A stretch of 54,960 nt of DNA, counting the filler, from Jimgerdemannia flammicorona (taxonomy: Eukaryota): NCBI GenBank assembly GCA_003990765.1. It is 2 parts of 2 records of this genome, joined end to end, with 100 filler letters (N's around TTAATTAATTAA, not from the genome) between each part and the next. Parts side by side here need not be neighbours in the genome. Positions count along the whole stretch, not along the records: positions 27,532 to 54,960 come from RBNJ01000629.1; 1 more part is not named here. The stretch is one strand, 5' to 3'. The stretch's first letter is position 1. Every line of letters starts with the position of its first letter. Under the pieces are notes generated by a model that did no database searches, had not been told where the DNA came from, and saw nothing but the letters and a program-made list of their open reading frames with translations. Position numbers and translations under genes: made by a program. Positions 37,029-50,345 of the stretch are shown piece by piece.

Positions 37029-39400
37029 TGGAAATATATTCCCCTATATTCTATGGATATACTACTGAAGAGTCAATCCTGATCTTCATTGAAGACTTTG
37101 AACAATTCACCACTATATAAGCCCTTAGTGTAGATATACAATTGGTCCTTCTACCTGTCAGCCTCAGAGGACCTATCAGAGATAAGTTCAATATAGCTAC
37201 TATTGCTAATACTAATGAAGCCAAACTTGCTAACATGAAGACCTTCCTCAGAACTATATACTATATCAAAGAGATTAAGCAAGCTCTCAAGAATCAACTC
37301 AATAATATCTGCCAGAAACTCAGTAAAGATTCCAACTTATTCTATACCTAAATCTACCACTAGATTGTCTTGGCTAACTATAATAATGCCCTCAAAGAAC
37401 AAATAGCAGATTCAACCTTCCTCAAAGGAGTTCACTCTGAAATTGTCCTAGCAATCTGATCTACCCCAGCTACTCTAACCCTTGACCAGAAAGTGATCTT
37501 TGTACAGAGATATTGAACTGCCAGACACCCTGCTGAATACTCAATGGAGAAAATAACTAGCATCAAGATAGAGCCATCAAAGCTGATCAGTATCATATGT
37601 ATCTGCCACAGTTGTAAACAGATAACTATCTCCACCTACCCCCAAGATAGCTAAAGCTGACCCAGTGGAGGAACTCACTAAGTAGTTTACCAAGATGACT
37701 ACATATCTTAGTGATATTGTTAGAGAAGTCTGAAGCACCAATAGGAGACCAGTACAGAGATTTGCAGTTACTATAGAAGAATACAATATCACATACTTTA
37801 GATGTGGAGAAGAAGACTACTATGTAAAGAGTTATATCTGAAATGAGATACAAAGCCCAACCAAGTAATGTTACCAGAACCAGAGAACAAACCAATGCAG
37901 TAGTCATCAAGGAGATTGGTGATACTGATGATGAAGAATACTACAAGAAGTCCGAATTCTATCCTGTTACTAGTGCTCCAAACGAGTCAATCTGGATGAG
38001 ATTCGGATGGATTCGAATCCCATCTGGATCAACTCGGATCAACCATTGTTTTGATTTCCAAATTGGACAATTAAATGTTTACATCAATAACTCGATGAAT
38101 AATTATCCAAATTTAATGATCTTGGCGTCATTTGAAAGCCCTTAATAAGGCCTTTCTAATGATATCAAGAACATTAAAATCGGATTATGCGTTGCCGAGG
38201 TATTAAGGAAAACGTTCTATTTGACGAAATTTCCAAAATCGGCAAATCGAAGAATTTCCAAAATCGGCGATTCAGACGGTTTCCTTCATAACTCAGCAAT
38301 GCATGATCGGATTTCAATGTTCTTGATATCATTAGATAGGCCTTATTAAGGGCTTTCAAATGACACCAAGATCATCAAATTTGGATGATTATTCATTGAG
38401 TTATTGATGTAAACATTTAATTATCTAATTTGGAAATCAAAACAATGGTTGATTCGAATCCCATCCGAGTTGATTCTAATGGGATTCAATCCGAATCAAT
38501 CCGAATCCAATCCGGATTAAATTGACTTGTTAGGAGCACTACCTGTTACTAAAGGTGCCAGAACCCAGTCTAAGCCCTATGATAAGAAGAGCAACAGCAA
38601 GCTAGTTGGAAGACCAAAGAAGACCCCAGCTATTACTATTCAAAGTAAGACCCAATCTGAGGAGATTGATCAAGACATGGAGTTAGATAAAGCTGCCCAC
38701 CAAATCATTAAAGACACTACTCCAGTATTAGGAGAAAGTGAAAGCAAGAAGGAACAGAAGCTGTATAAGACTAAAATCTACTAGTATGATATCTATAAAG
38801 ACCTTAAGGAACAGAAGATCAATGCTACTTTTGAATAACTAGCCAAAGTCTCTACCTTCAGATAGCAGTTGAGAGTAGAACTTGCAACTACTGCCAAAAA
38901 TTAAGAGTATAAGATTGTAGAAGCTCACAATGTATAAGAAGAACCTGAAGACTTAGATAAGGAATCTGAAGACCAGTACAAGATATCAGTCTATATCTTA
39001 TATCAGATCAAAGATTATATCTTTGATGCCATCATTGATATTAGTGCTGGAGGATCTCTTATAAGCAAGAAGACAATTGACCACCTAGGCTGAGATATTG
39101 AAGAGTTTACCAAGATAGTCTATATTATAGTAGATATATAGCATACAAGCTACCCCATTAGATAAGATCCAAGAAGTACCCATCAAGATAGGAGAAGCTA
39201 CTATCCCAGTAGATGTAATTATTATAAGTATTACTAACTATGATATCCTCATTAGCAATCAATGGCTTTATAAGATCAAGGCTGTCATTGACCTTAATGC
39301 TTAGAAGATGCAGATCAACTATAGAGGAAGAAAGTTATAAGTCTCTATCAATATCTACAAAAGAGTATTACTAGATATAGAGAAAGGAGATGAAGAAGAC
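37029..39400 (+). pseudogene. gag and protease (family 2)
   Basis: IPLYFYGYTTEESILIFIEDFEQF, a decayed zinc knuckle near 37760-37810 and protease AIIDISAGGS near 39030. Confidence 0.8.
37971..38541. mobile_element. hAT-derived fold-back MITE, type B
   Basis: TAGTGCTCC...GGAGCACTA termini, 8-bp TSD CCTGTTAC, long internal inverted arms. Confidence 0.96.
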
Positions 39401-39714
39401 ACAGAAGTCTTCATACACTTAGTATATAAGAACAAGAGTAAGACACCTAAGCTCACAGATGAGCAGTGGTATAACAAGATCATTAATAGCTATATCCCTC
39501 AAGAAAGATGCCCCCATGGTATCAGGATGTACTGCTCTGAACATCTGAATAACTGCTGGTCCTATATCAGTGAAGTCAGGAAAATCCACTAATAAAAGTA
39601 TGAGCAAGAAGCTGCTATAGCAAAAAGGGAAGTTGAAGAAGATGACTAGCCCCCAGAGCTTCAAGCTAACAATAATGACAAGGAGGAACAAGAACCAGAC
39701 ATCATCCTCAAGGT

Positions 39715-40110
39715 CAAGAAGTTTCACCCCAAAGTCAAGATTCTAGAATATAAGACTGAAGGAGTCATAGGAATGGACCTTGCTAGTATTTAAGATACTA
39801 CTCTTGAACCACAGACAATTACTCTACTTGGTACTGGAATTGGAGTCAAGTTGCTAGAGAACTATGCCAGAATTATCAAGACCAGGAGAAGTCTGGCTAA
39901 AAGTGAAATCTTAGTTAAAGGAGGAGTAATTGATCCTGATTATATAGGTGAGATCTTCCTTATAGTTAGGAATCACAACCCCACTACCCCATTCAAAGTC
40001 AAGAAGCATAACAGAATTGACCAGATGCTGATCCACAAAGTCAAGATCACTGAAGCCATTGAACTCATCAAGATCAAGAGAGGATAACAAAGCTTTGAAT
40101 CTACTGGAAG
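39715..40110 (+). pseudogene. dUTPase domain (family 2)
   Basis: IGMDL, TRRSLA, GGVIDPDYIG, RIDQ and RG*QSFESTG. In frame with RT. Confidence 0.9.
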
Positions 40111-40228
40111 AGGAGCCTATGCTACTACTAAGATTATAGAACTTGAGTATAAGAAAGATAAGGACCAGAATAAGTACACATATACCATTGGAGAAAACTT
40201 TTCTCTAGAAGAACAACTTCTCAAGATC

Positions 40229-42160
40229 TTGTACCAGAATGAAGGAGTACTTACCACAGACTTCAGGGACATCTATAATCAAGAACCCAAGTACTATCAT
40301 GAAGTTGACACCAATGATTCCAAGTCCATCTACCAGAAAGCCAGACCTATACCCAGAGAATGGCTACAGGCAGAACTCAAGGAAATGGAAGAAGTTAGAA
40401 TAATCAAGCAAGCTATCAGCCCCTGGGCTTCACCCATTGTTAGTGCTCCAAATGAGTCAATCTGGATGGGATTCGGATGGGATTTGAATCAACGATTGTT
40501 TTTGATTTCCAAATTAGACAATTAAATGTTTACATCAATAACTTGATAAATAATCATCTCAATTTGATGATCTTGATGTCATTTGAAAGCTCTTAATAAG
40601 GCCTTTCTAATGATATCAAGAACATTAAAATCGGATTACACGTTGCCAAGATATTAAGGAAACCATTCCATTTGACGAAATTTCCAAAATTGACAAATCA
40701 AATAATTTCCAAAATCGGTGATTCAGACAATTTCCTTCATAACTCAGCAACGCATGATCGGATTTCAATGTTTTTGGTATCATTAGATAGGTCTTATTAA
40801 GGACTCTCAAATGACACCAAGATTATCAAATTTGGAGGATTATTCATTGAGTTATTGATGTAAACATTTAATTGTCTAATTTGGAAATCAAAACAATCGT
40901 AGATTCGAATCCATCTGGATGGGATTCAATCAGAATCAATCCGAATCCCATCTGGATTAAATTGACTCATTTGGAGCACTACCCATTGTTCTCACCCTAA
41001 AGAAAGGAAGCAAGCCTGGAGAGTTTGCCCCAAGACTCTGTATTGATTACAGAAAGCTCAATACAATTACTAAGAAGGATAGATAGCCCTTGCCAAATAT
41101 TCAAGAAATCCTTACCACTCTTGGAAGTGAAGTCAAATACTACACCACCTTGGATCTGTTCTCAAGCTTCTATCAGATTGGTCTCACTCAAGATGCCAGT
41201 GAGAAATCAGCCTTCTTCACACCTAATGCCACCTATGTCTACTTGTGAATACCATTTAGAATGTATAATGCCCCAGTAAGTTTTCAGTGAATGATGAATA
41301 GAGTCTTCAGTAATGAGATTGGAAAATGGCTCTTTGTCTATATTGATAATGTGATCATCTTTAGCAACACTGTATGAGAATATATTAATTATATATAGCT
41401 AGCTCTAAAGAAGCTCAAGAAGTATGGCCTCTATATCAAGCTCAAGAAATGTAAGTTTGTAGCTCAGAAAATTACCTACCTAGGACACCTCATCAATCAG
41501 ACTGGAATTTACATGGACTCTATAAAGATCAAGGCTGTTGCAGCCTACCCAAGACCCAGAATAACTACAGAAGTCTATATCTTCCTTAGACTGACCTCCT
41601 ACTATAGAAGATTTATCAAAGGATACTCCAATATTGTAGTATCTATCTATGAGCTACTGAAGAAGGAGACTAAATTTGAATAGACTAAAGAATATCAAGA
41701 AACCTTCAATAAACTCAAGACCAGGTTAACCTAAGCATCTATCCTCAGAAGACCAGATTGGAACCTAGAGTTCATCCTGCAGATAGATACAAGTACTATA
41801 GGACTTAGAGCAGTTCTAGCTCAGAAGAAAGATGGATATGAATATGTCATCTCCTATATAAGCTAAGATACCTGTGGAGCAGAATAGAACTATAAGTCAT
41901 ACAAGCTTGAATACTTAGCAGTAGTTTGGGCAGTAGATAAGTTCCATTACTATTTAGCTGAGAAACACTTCACTATTCAATCAGATCACTCTGCTCTTGC
42001 CTGGCTATTTCACACTCTGAACCCCAAAGGAATATATGTCAGATAGATCTACAGGCTATAAGAGTATGACTATACTGTCAAGTACCACTCAGGAAAAACT
42101 AATGCCAATGCTGATATACTCTCAAGAATACCCCAAAACACCCCCATCAAGACTATTTAA
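40229..42160 (+). pseudogene. Reverse transcriptase and RNase H (family 2)
   Basis: SPWASPIV, RLCIDYRKLN, VYIDN (from YIDD), GLRAVLAQ, SDHSAL, NANADILSR, then TAA at 42158-42160. Confidence 0.93.
40441..40981. mobile_element. hAT-derived fold-back MITE, type B
   Basis: Same TIRs, 8-bp TSD CCCATTGT, homologous to 37971-38541. Confidence 0.96.
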
Positions 42161-42161
42161 T

Positions 42162-43345
42162 ATGAACAAGGAGCTGTACTATGGATTAATCAGCTATCTT
42201 AGGCAGTAGAAGATATCCAACCACCTTGAACTCTGGACTATCACCATCATCAACTAGACTTAGAAATAATTTGAACTAGACAACACTATACTCAGAAAAG
42301 GAGGAAAGCTTACAATACTCAAATATAAGAAGTATCAAGTAATGAAGAAAGTACATGAACAAGGATATCTAGGAGGAACCAATATATATAATAAAGTAAA
42401 AAGAACTATGTGGTGAAGAAGACCTGTGCTAATTTGTCAAAAAGTGTGACAAGTACTAAAAACAGAAACAAGATCAGTAAGACCAAATATCTGGGTCATC
42501 AAGAATTGAGCCTACTCCCTTCCACTATATCACAATAGATATTATTGGACTGCTACCAGTGATACTATCAGGAAACTACTACATTATAGTTATTGTAGAC
42601 CATTTTACCAAATAAATAGAAGTAGAAGTATTATAAGAAGCCAATGCTTTCTCTATAGTCGACTTCCTGTACCAAGAAATTATCTGCCACTACAAGACAC
42701 CAAGACAAATCACCATAGACCACAGCACAGAATTTGTCAATGGATTTTATAAGATAATATATTAGAAATACAAGATTAAGTATATCAAGACTACTGCATA
42801 CCACTCTCAAGGAAATGAACAGACAGAAAGAACCAACAAGATCCTCAAGAACATCCTAATGAAGATCTCAGACATATATGTCAATTGGAATAACTATCTC
42901 CCAACTGCTCTCTCTGTCCTACAAGATATACAGTTATAGAGTATATACTTTACTCCAAAAGAACTGCTCTTTAGAGAAGAAGTTTCTAATGGAACCTTAG
43001 CCACAAATCTAGACCTAACATGGAGACAGATAGACTCAGAAATCCAGAGACTATACCAAATCAGGAAGAAGGCTGAAGATTACATTATCAAGTTATAAGT
43101 GCTGATAAGGAAGAATACAGAGAAGAATTACAAGACCCTAAAACTCATCCAAATTAGAGAAAAAGTCCTACTGTATTGAAATATGGTAGAAGCCTCATGA
43201 TTATGAAAACTGGAGCCCAAATAGAAAGGACCCTTTTATGTGTAAGATATTAAGAGAACTACCTTCTAACTTAGAAAACTCACAGAGACTATACTGCCTA
43301 CTATAATATATAGGAATAGACTCAAGAAGTACCATGAACCTATAT
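42162..43345 (+). pseudogene. Integrase as a separate ORF with its own ATG (family 2)
   Basis: TAA-T-ATG junction, then MNKELYYGLISYL, ITIDIIG, VDHFTK, DHSTEFVN, YHSQGNEQTER and KLEPK*KGPF. Confidence 0.9.
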
Positions 43346-43362
43346 AAGAGAAGCAAAACACA

Positions 43363-43670
43363 ATGATCACCCATGAGGTTCTAGTCCATGAATCATAATA
43401 GTATATCCTATGACTAGCAGACAATTTGTCTAGACCATTCTCTAAGAGATACAGTATCAGCAACTACTCATCTGTGAGACTTTTAAAGTCAGAGGAGTTT
43501 GAACTATCAACTGATTGATCAAGATCAGAATCAGGCTCTTGCTCTATATAAAGAGAGCAACTCTTCACCATTATGTCAAAATATATAGAGAAGATATCAG
43601 CCCATAAATACCACTTTTCAACCCCTTACCAGAGGTTATGAGATCAGCAAATTTTTCAGGACTGAACCAA
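43363..43670 (+). pseudogene. Decayed small ORF between integrase and PPT (family 2)
   Basis: From ATG 43408 it reads ...QQLLICETFKVRGV*TIN*LIKIRIRLLLYIKRATLHHYVKIYREDISP. Same position as the family-1 accessory ORF. Confidence 0.4.
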
Positions 43671-43711
43671 TGAATAAGAACATTCAAGAAGATCCTTATT
43701 TAGGAGGAAGA

Positions 43712-45282
43712 TGTAACTGTGACCTCAGAATGATAATATCAGCACAGGAGATAGCCTTTCCTTATACCATCAGATCAGAGTATAAGAAGATTATATGACA
43801 TGACTTATTTGGGCTACAAAATGAGTGATGATAACCAACTGTGAGTTATTGTGACCACAAGACAGATATCTTGAGGAATATAAAAGAAGGATTAAGAAAC
43901 TATAGTAGCAGCAATCCAAACAAAGCATACAAGAATAGTTCTAAAGACTTATTATAAACAAAATGCCTGCCACTTGCTAAACCTCAAGGTCCAGAAACTA
44001 CCAAGGCCCCTCAGTCCAGAATAGGATGTTCTAAGATATCAGAAGAGCCATAGAGATCTGTACAAGAAGAACTCCTAGTGTCAATCTGGGCACTGGTGAC
44101 CCCTATCATTATATCCTCTATTACTATGAAATGGAAACAAGAATCACCATTACTACTGAATGCCTTTGGATATAGCAGGAGTATGAAATAGAAAACCTCC
44201 TCTGCTGAGAGTTCTCTCAGGCCAGTCTCCAGGAGATTCAAGATACCATCTCCATAGATATATATAAAATAAGGATAGCAAAGAAGATTCATCAGATCTT
44301 CCAGCATATATCATGATCAATTTCCAACTTGAAGTATACTAGAATCTTAGACTTCAAGGAACTATCAGCTTATTGTACCAATGCACTGGAAGTCATAGTA
44401 GCCACAGAGGCTCAGTTCACTATTACTCTCAATAGCAATAAAGTAGAAGACTTCTGGTATCCCATTCTCCAGGACAACCCAGATCAATTTATATAGAGAT
44501 TGATCTTAGTATTTCAAGGCCCCAGTATCTAAGTTATTCCTCTCCAAGACCTTATATTTGTTCCTTATTTTGTAGAAGAGAATATCATAGATTTGAGAGC
44601 CCCTACTGCTGCTGAACATGATGATATCATTGGAAATGATATAATTCTGCATGATATATATGAAATGCATGACCTATACAATGAGACAGATGAAACATTT
44701 GTGGACCTCATCTCCTTTGAAGACATCCTATCTCTAATCTCTGGCCTTGATAGTAATGAAGATAAAGCCCCCATAATCCTGAACTTTCTACTTTAAGTTC
44801 TTGGTAATATCAGATTCTACCAGCATTCTTTTTCTGTATAACTATCATTCTTCTGATATTCTGATCTTGTATAACTTGAAATTCTTCTGATATTCTTTTC
44901 CTATACTACTGAAATTCTACTGGTATCCTAAACTTATATAACCATTTGTTCAGACAACTGTAGTTTTCTGTATTCTAGTATTTTATTTGGTATTGAAATT
45001 TATATTTAGCTTTATAACTTAGTAACTATTGAATTATATTTTTTTATAAATACCCCTCTTATTTCTTTAGAATAAAGTCAGTTTCAGTTTACTTACTCTC
45101 AATTCCATACAAGTAATCTAAAAGATAATAAGATAGTTTAAAGATAAGAAGTTTGAGAACTATAAGATGTTGAGAAGGTACTTCAATAAGAACTTACTTA
45201 TAACAAACTTGAGGTTAGTCTAAGAGATATACCTTGGAGAGAATCCGATATATTTGAAGGACTCAGTGACCACTATATGATA
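43712..45282 (+). repeat. 3' LTR of family 2, with a disrupted LTR ORF at 43963-44796
   Basis: Starts TGTAAC. ATG at 43963 and the ...APIILNFLL* end are retained. Confidence 0.95.
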
Positions 45283-47875
45283 ATAATTATAAAAAGGTTA
45301 TATATTCTTTTCTGTATCTGGTCCTAAGTCTTCAACTACCTCTGTAGAATATTTCTAGAGAACATTATCAACCTGATTGATGAATACTAGAGTGATATCA
45401 TCTTTCAAGTAGTCTAGTATACAGCTCTTTAGTTTGAAGAGTATCTAAAATTCAGTATTAATCTTAATAAGTAGATTCTGATAAAGAAGAGAAGAATGTA
45501 ATAGTTTATTATCCCTTTTATAAATAAGATTGTCTTTTAAAATCATTTAGCAGACAAATTAAAGTTTGAAAAAAATGATTTTTTGAAAAATTATTGGTAA
45601 ATTTTTTTTAAAAGCTATTATGATTTTAAAAGTTATAAAATTATAGGTCCAAAACAGTCAAAGGGATATATCAATAAAATTACTAAAAATTCTAATAAAA
45701 TTTTCAATAAATAGTTATAAAATATACTAACAGATTACTAAAATTTCTAATAGAAATTCTAATAGAAATTCTAATGAATTTTTTAATAAACAGTTATAAA
45801 TAATATATAGTATAACTATATATAGATTTACTCAATATATCATATTTAGTTATAGTTTTAAATCTATATAAATATCCTCTATATTAAGTATATTGTAATC
45901 TTAGCTTTACTTTCTCTGACTATAAGATTAAAACAGTATTCTTATCAAAGAACTCTCAGATCTAACTTATTAATAATTCTAAGCTTGATCAATTTAGAAT
46001 ATAAGTATAGTACCTCTATCATCAGTATAAGAATCCAAAAGTAATACTTAGACTATACTACTATAATAGACAATTAGAGCTTAGTGTTTTCTTATAAGAA
46101 TCTAGAACTTAGAACTAATAGCTATCTTGATTATTCACAATATATTAATTCTATTAGTATATAGTTTTATTATATAGATCTAGTTATTATTAATCAAGAA
46201 CTAGAGTATAAAGTTATTTATATTCTAGATAATAAGAACTACTATTTTGAATAAGCTATCAAGTTTACTTAATACTGTCTTATAAAATAGAAAGAATATT
46301 CTAAGTATGATATTATTTGAAAAAAAGAAGAAAATCTTATATCAAATACAGAAAAAGTAATAATCTAATATAGATATACTATATATATATATGTATAATA
46401 GAAATTCTAATGAAATTTCTAAAGAATAGTTATATATACCTAATAGATAAGTATAAATATCTCTTAAATATTATATAAATAACTTACTTATAATATAAAT
46501 AGTTAATAATAATCCTAAGAACAAATCAAGAACAAGATCACTATAACTATATATTTTTATAGCTATTAAACACTAATGAATCTCTACTGAGCTACTATTA
46601 GTTATATAATACATATATTGTCATATAGTAGTTGCTGAGTCCTTCAAATATATCAGATTTTCTTCAAGATGTATCTCTTGGACTAACTCAAGTTTTGTTA
46701 TAAGCAAGTTCTTATTAGAGTGCCTTTCAAAGGTCTTATAGTCCTCAAACTTCTTATCTTTAAACTATCTTATTATCTCTTAGATTGCTTGTAAGAAATT
46801 GAGGGTAAGTGAACTTGACTGACTTTATTTTGAAGGAAATAAGAGAGGTATTTATACAAAATATAATTCAATAATTGCTAAGATATAAAGCTAAATATAA
46901 ATTCCAATAATCAAATAAAATACTGGAATACAGAAAACTATAGTTGTCAGTACAGATTCCAGTATTAGTACAGATAGTTGTATAGGTTCAGGATGCTGGT
47001 ATAATTTTGGTGATATAAGAAAAGGGTGCTGGAATAATTCTAAGTTACATAAGGTCAGAATGCCAGTGGAAGAGTTAACTGTTATATAGAAAAAGGATGC
47101 TAGCAGAATTCTGTATCACTAAGAACTCAGAGCAGAAAGTTCAGAACTATGGGGACTTTATTCTTATCACTATCCTCAAAGAAGATGAGGTCTACAAATG
47201 TTTCATCTATTTCATATATATATTGTATGGGATGACATCATCACTGATGATGTCATCATGTTCAGTGGTATCAGGGGCTCTTTAGTCTATGAGGTTCTCT
47301 TCCACAAAATAAGAAACAAATATAGGGTCTTGAGGAGGTCTGATCTGAATACTTGGGTCTTAGAATACTGAGATCAATCCTTGCAGAAATTGATCTAGAT
47401 TGTTCTGGAGGATGGAATACCAGAACTCTTCTACCTCATCACTATTGAGAGTAATAGTGGACTAGACTTCTGTAGCTATCATGGCTTCTAGTATATTGAT
47501 ACAGTAGGCTGACAGATCTCTGAAGTCTGAGACTCTGGTATACTTCAAGTTGGAGATTGACTATAGTTAGTGCTCCAAATGAATAGAGTTGATCCAGATG
47601 AGATTTGATTCAGATTCGTCATGTGATGGATTCGAATCAACTCGGATTGGTCTCATGATCTAATCTGGATTGATCTGGATTGATCCAGATTGAAATCTTT
47701 GGTGACATTACTCTTTCTTTTATTCATTTTGCTCTTGTTTTTTTTTTCCTGCTGCACTTTAGTGACATCACCCTTTCCTTTGTTCTCTCTCTTTTCTTTG
47801 TTCTTTTTCTTTATTCTTTCCTACCATATTATGAGCAAACAAAACAGTAGCTCTTAATTTGTACATTAGTCCAGT

Positions 47876-49400
47876 CTACTCATTTTTTACCCTACAATGA
47901 TCATCAAAAGAGGGAGTATTCAAGGTAGAAATGCACTCTCTGCTGACAATGTTAGATTCTTTCTCATATGGGCAGCACACAAGCTGCTCATCAAGAGTCA
48001 AAGGAGTGATGGCGGTGGTGATGGCAATGGCAATGGCAATGACAATGGCAATGGTGGGGATGAGAGTGAATTCTAGCAACAACTCATGGCAGCCCTTTGG
48101 ATCTCGGAATTCACAGATCTCACAGCTATGTATATAGTAGCCTTTTTGGAGCAGCTGGTAGTAGATGTAGGTTGCTCTTTTCTGCTGCTACTTTTTACTT
48201 GTTTAAATTCCCTCAATATGACTCGATTTACCTCATGCTTTTCTTAGAGTCTACAGCTCTATGGTAAGATCTGCTGACTTCATTCACAACATCTGGTCAA
48301 GATGAAGAAAGGTTAAAGGACATTGTGAGGCATACCTTTGGTGGCTGAGCTGTTGAGTCAATGTATCACATAGTAGAGGTCTCAAAAGGAACAGAAGTAA
48401 GCCTTCATGAGCAATCTTATGCAACTCATGCAACTTGTTGGCATACAACTCATTGGCATGCAGCTCACTCACTCACTCACTCATGCTCTTTTTCTAAAAT
48501 ACCCATCTCTGTGTTTTATTTAATTTATTTTTTACATGGTCTCCCTCTAAAAAACACCCACACCCACATATAACCCATCCACACACAATCCATCTACATG
48601 TAACCTATCTGCACACTTATCTCAGTCCCTCAGATCAGGGCTCAGTTCCATTGAAAAGGAGAGTTCAAAGTTATCTGAGTTCAATCATGTCCGGTATCTG
48701 ATCAAATAGAGAAATTCAAGAGTAAGATATTCAACATGAGCAGTACCAGCATCATCATCAAGGCTTGGGAGTCTACATTCGAATCAGAGCCAGGAGTAAC
48801 CAATGATAAAGAGAACCATATCTTTATTAATAAATGTAGAGAGGTGGTTGCAATGGTGGTAAGAAACCTCTATGGTGATGAGCTTCACTGTCACATCAAT
48901 GAGATTTGTGAGAATTGCATCAAATACTGGGTGGTAGGAAAGAGGGGGTGAAAAAAGCAAGGAGAGAGGGTTTGGATGGGAATTGGGTATACTGCAACAC
49001 TGGTGAAGGGTGGGTTCCAGAGTTTCGAAATCCCCCACACTCATCTTTCTTTTTTTTTACTCCTCCTCAGATAAATCACACTCTTCCCACACATACAGAC
49101 AATAATATCACCCCGGTAATGTTTTACATCCTGGAAAGGAAGGGCCCAATCTGGGAGGATAATGGTGGAGTCTGGTATGACCTCACCTATAGTTTTGGGG
49201 TCTTGTTTGTAGTCAATATAGCCATCCTCTTCTAACCACACAACCACCATAGCACCATTGCCTTCGAGGAGAGCTCGGACACAACAGTTATTGCACTCAC
49301 AATAGATGATAGGCTCATCAAGGCCTGGGACTGGCAGGTGGAGCAGTTTTTGTGAGGGTTAGGCAATCTTCATGAGGGATAGGTAGTCTTTCACAAGGGT
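47876..49400 (-). pseudogene. Possible second (cargo) gene relic inside the hAT element
   Basis: Coding-like minus-strand stretches, e.g. PIIYCECNNCCVRALLEGNGAMVVVWLEEDGYIDY and YYIHSCEICEFRDPKGCHELL, separated by intron-like tracts. Confidence 0.4.
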
Positions 49401-49604
49401 TAGGCAGTTATTTTGTACAGATTGGGTAGTCTTATGTAGGGGGTTGGGCCAGGCACCTCTTCTATAGCACTAGCTTAGCTATTATGCAGGGCTCTACTGG
49501 CCCCTTGGCCCTGCTCTGTAGTACCGCTGGTGCAGCACTGCAACATAGGGCCAGGGTGTCCATGGGACCTGAACCAGTGATGGGGCCTAAATCTGTAGTG
49601 GACT

Positions 49605-50345
49605 TCAACTGCCAGAAATGCCCTCCAACTGCCAGAAGTACCCTCCAACCACCAGAAGCACCCTCCAATCACCAGAAGTATCCTCTGCCCTGGACTCCTT
49701 GACAGCTTGGGGCTACCTCTATGCTACTGGCAGAGAGCCACAAATTTTGCATACTCCCTCTGCCTGCCCTGCCTATCCTGGACACTTGCAGCTTAGGGCT
49801 GCCTCTTGCTATCAGTGGAGGGCTGCAAATTTTGCATGCTCCCTCACTGACCTCATGCCCACCAATCCCACTGACTGATTCTGTCTATGGACCTGGGTGC
49901 TGACAGCTTGAGGCTGCCCCTTACTGCTGGCAAAGGGCTTCAAATTTTGCACACTCTCTCTGTCTGCTCTGCCCATCCCAGACACTTATAGCTTGGGGCT
50001 GCCTCTTGCTGCCAATGGAGGGCCGCAAATTTTGTACACTCCCTCCACTGACCCTATATCTACCAATCTCACCAACTGACCCTGCCCACTGACCTGGGTG
50101 CTGACAGCTTGGAGCTGCCCCTTGCTGCTGGCAGAGGGCTGTAAGTTTTGCATGCTCCCTCCACCAACCCCCCCAACCAGGACACTTGCAGCTTGGGGCT
50201 ACCCCTTGCTGCCAGTGGAGGGCTACAAATTTTGTGTGCTCCCTCTGCTGACCCGCCTACTGACCCAGGCACTGACAGCTTAGGGCTGCCCCTTACTGCT
50301 GGCAGAGGGCTGCAAACACTGCATCTCCCTCCACTGCTGCTGCCA
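49605..50345. repeat. Tandem arrays in the hAT: about four 21-bp units, then about seven alternating 85-115 bp units
   Basis: CCCTCCAACTGCCAGAAGTA-type units, then recurring CAGCTTGGGGCTGCCYCTTGCTG...GAGGGCTGCAAATTTTG. Confidence 0.85.

Larger units (their letters stand above)
35334..45282 (+). mobile_element. Full-length Ty3/Gypsy LTR retrotransposon, family 2, decayed, with two MITE insertions
   Basis: Paired LTRs of about 1.57 kb, exact 4-bp TSD ATAA, TGG-starting PBS at about 36911, PPT AGGAGGAAGA at 43702-43711, Gypsy domain order. Confidence 0.96.

Noticed and set aside
45283..46618. AT-rich tract sharing short blocks with 34930-35130
   Set aside because: Probably an old repeat that hosted the later insertions, but too decayed to classify.
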